Notes under the pieces: model-generated
The model's input: the letters and a program-made list of their open reading frames with translations, nothing else
Told to the model about the DNA's origin: nothing
Databases searched by the model: none
Shown: positions 61,564 to 64,000 of the stretch, piece after piece
Layout of the letters: every line of letters starts with the position of its first letter
Position numbering within the stretch: the first letter of the stretch is position 1
Translations under genes and position numbers: made by a program
Origin: Oculina patagonica
Taxonomy: Eukaryota
Length of the DNA stretch: 64,000 nt
Assembly: GCF_052425735.1 (NCBI RefSeq)
Contig: NC_135759.1
Coordinates: 30,938,001-31,002,000 of the forward strand
Direction: 5' to 3'

Positions 61564-62427
61564 AACTAAGGCTCAGCTGTACATCTACAACAGGCACATA
61601 TTCTTTTTAACTTTAAACATCACAATCGCAAGACGTGTGCCGCTAGTTCATCATCGTCCTATAATAACATGCTATGACATTTCTCTGTGTTCTTTATGCT
61701 ACAACAAGAGCTGGAAATGATTTGGCTTGAAAAATGTGATAGACTGGCACCCCCGTTGGGTATTCAAGAAAGATAAAAGAGGGGATGGCGCCCGGCTTAT
61801 GTGAAACCGCCGTGAGTTAATAATAAAACTATTAAGACGTTGAACCTTCCCCTTCCCCCTCACCTGTATAGTTAAGTATACCACCCCGCCCCCGATGTTG
61901 AAAAATTTCCCGCCAAACAAGAAATAAAAAACTCCTTAAACCCGCGAAATGTGTATTTTTTTTTTGATCTACAGACAAATCAGGACGAATCAGAGGAAAA
62001 ATTTCCAAATAACATCAGCGTCCTGGGCGGGAATTGAAGGGCAATCCGTGAATAGACAGTAAAAACGTTTGAATAGCTTCATCCAGCAGAGAATTTGTCG
62101 AACGACACATTTACTTTAAAATATATTGATTCCCGACTGAATATTCGATTCATCGAGTCAATGATTACATTCTGAAATTGTACCATTCTTTCAAAAGCTT
62201 CCTTATGCAATATCAGTCTGAGTACAACAATAACAACCTCTCCCAAAATAGTTTAAGTACCGCTTCATATGTTACTTCGGTGTATTATTTTATAAATCAG
62301 TGTTATTCAGTCAAACCTATCGACTACATGAAGGTTTTGCCGAGGTATCCTCCTCGGCAAAGTTCAAAATTAAAGAATTTGTGCATTTGTCACCCTGTCT
62401 GTAGTCCACCTGTTACTCTTGCTAGCA

Positions 62428-63066
62428 TTACTTACGAACGAAGACCCAGACTTGACTTGCGTTACCGTCCAAAAAGAAATTTGACATCTTAACTTCAAAA
62501 CCCTCATCGACAACATGCTGCAGAAAGGCATCTAGCTGTTCCAATTTGATTGGGATTTGAGCTTGCCCTCCTTCGACAACTCCGTCACTTGTCTTGAAGT
62601 TATAAGAGGAACCGCTTGAAACAGAACCACCCAACATGCGAGCATTGGGAACGAGCTGCTGAAGCATCGCCAATCCACCCGCCAAGACCAGCTTTGACTT
62701 CGAGCTGTAGAAGAGCCGTAAAATCTCTGAGCCAGACCTGGTGGATTGTCGTGTTTTTATAGCCTTCTGGACTGCCTCTTCTAAAGGTTTAATCCCATAG
62801 AACGTTGCCTCAATTTCCAGCTCCTCAAACTCCTGGAAGTCTTCCGGAACGGTCAACTTTCTTGTGCGTAAGAAATTGAGGACGTGTTTGAACAGTGCGC
62901 CGTCCCTGTCAATAAAGTAGTATCCTTTGGGATCCCTGGGTACTTGGCTTTCGCCGCTGAAAAGCTTCGCTAGTTTCGAGTCGGAGTACTGAGTAATGGT
63001 GTAAAGTGTGGTGGTGTAAACATGTCCACCGACGTTGAGGCTCACCACTTTCGGAGGTTCCGCCAT
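62428..63066 (-). CDS. KCTD-family BTB/POZ (T1) protein, second paralog, 212 aa
   Basis: LNVGGHVYTTTL, YFIDRDG.LFKHVLNFLR, EATFYGI motifs; C-terminal GFEV...VWVFVRK. GCATGG start. Confidence 0.93.
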   Translation of the reverse strand: MAEPPKVVSLNVGGHVYTTTLYTITQYSDSKLAKLFSGESQVPRDPKGYYFIDRDGALFKHVLNFLRTRKLTVPEDFQEFEELEIEATFYGIKPLEEAVQKAIKTRQSTRSGSEILRLFYSSKSKLVLAGGLAMLQQLVPNARMLGGSVSSGSSYNFKTSDGVVEGGQAQIPIKLEQLDAFLQHVVDEGFEVKMSNFFLDGNASQVWVFVRK

Positions 63067-64000
63067 GCTCGGGTATCTGAATCGAGTCGCGTTTGTGAAG
63101 TGAAGTTGTTAAGGAGCAGTACAAGTGCTAGTGGAGATGATTGATACTAGCTCTTTAAGTTGCCATGATAAATATCATCCATTGGTCACGTGGAAAGGGT
63201 ATAGAAAGTCTAAATTGTTTACAATTTTCTTCATGTCACGACATTTGACGTGAGTCTTGTTATGTCAGCCATCAAAGCCTGTCAATTCAACCGAGTACAC
63301 AAAAATGTTTCATTGCAAGTATTCTCACAGGAAAGAGAACTTGCGATTATCTCAGTTAAAGCTAAAAAAAATTCCATCCATAGGTTCAGCTCGACTGAAA
63401 TGGGCTAGAAACAAATTTGAACCACTCAGTGCATGTTTTTGTGTTGATGTGATACTGTACGGGCAACGCCTCAATTAAAGAATATCACTTCATGTCAAAA
63501 CTGCTTAAGTGCAATCTAGTGGGAGCATGCAAGTGACACACGTACACTTGATTAAAAAATATGTTTTCAGTGGCTAGCAGCAGTAAAAACGAACTGTTTA
63601 ACAAGAGCTGAAGTTAAACTACTTGGTCACTAATGATAAGAATATTTCTCGTTTAAAAGAAATTTTTGGCAAATATATATCATTATTGCTATCTGTCTTC
63701 TGAAATTAAAACAAAAAGCCGAATTTGTTTGCCGTTGTACCGTACCACAAGAAGGTAACAATATTTTTTATTTTAGTTTTAAGTAATTAAGCAGAGTCGA
63801 AAGCAGAGTCAATTAACAATTGTTCCTGAGTCTTGAACGAAAATTTAGTCTATATTTCTTCCATGGAGGAAACCTCCTAGCTAGCCAGACTAAAATGGAA
63901 GATATCCACCAAAATGGTTTAGAGCATGAAGGTGTAATAGAATGGTACATTCTTCAACATTTAAACAGGATACTTTATTCACCAAGAAAGGTACCACCCA

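Noticed and set aside
63181-63193. ERSE-II stress element upstream of the second KCTD
   Set aside because: ATTGGTCACGTGG is one base short of ATTGG-N-CCACG, so it is kept only as a CCAAT box plus E-box.

Overview
AT-rich animal genomic DNA. The repeat landscape (TWA/TA/8-bp-TSD MITEs, tRNA-derived SINEs, Penelope-like GIY-YIG fragments) suggests an anthozoan or stony coral, but that is inference. The window holds three gene groups. (1) Six paralogous class A GPCRs on the + strand, each with an intronless CDS (9.6, 34.8, 40.3, 45.4, 51.2, 55.5 kb). They have almost no N-terminus, no TM3-ECL2 disulfide, a shortened TM2-TM3 span and an altered Na+ pocket. (2) Two paralogous genes on the - strand between GPCR1 and GPCR2 that the ORF track does not show as whole genes. 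I assembled each by hand from four coding exons with GT-AG sites. Both encode signal-peptide proteins of about 200 aa made of two tandem six-Cys helical modules joined by a microexon-encoded linker. One ends in the ER-retrieval-type motif KNEL; the other does not. (3) Two KCTD (BTB/T1) genes with intronless CDSs on the - strand, converging on the last GPCR. The best candidate for an undescribed system is this pair of Cys-rich genes, whose spacing resembles RAMP ectodomains and the RGM N-domain by eye, together with their position inside an orphan GPCR array. A functional link between the groups is a hypothesis only. The window also contains a solo LTR nested in a MITE and a Penelope-like insert with a variant hammerhead-like motif.
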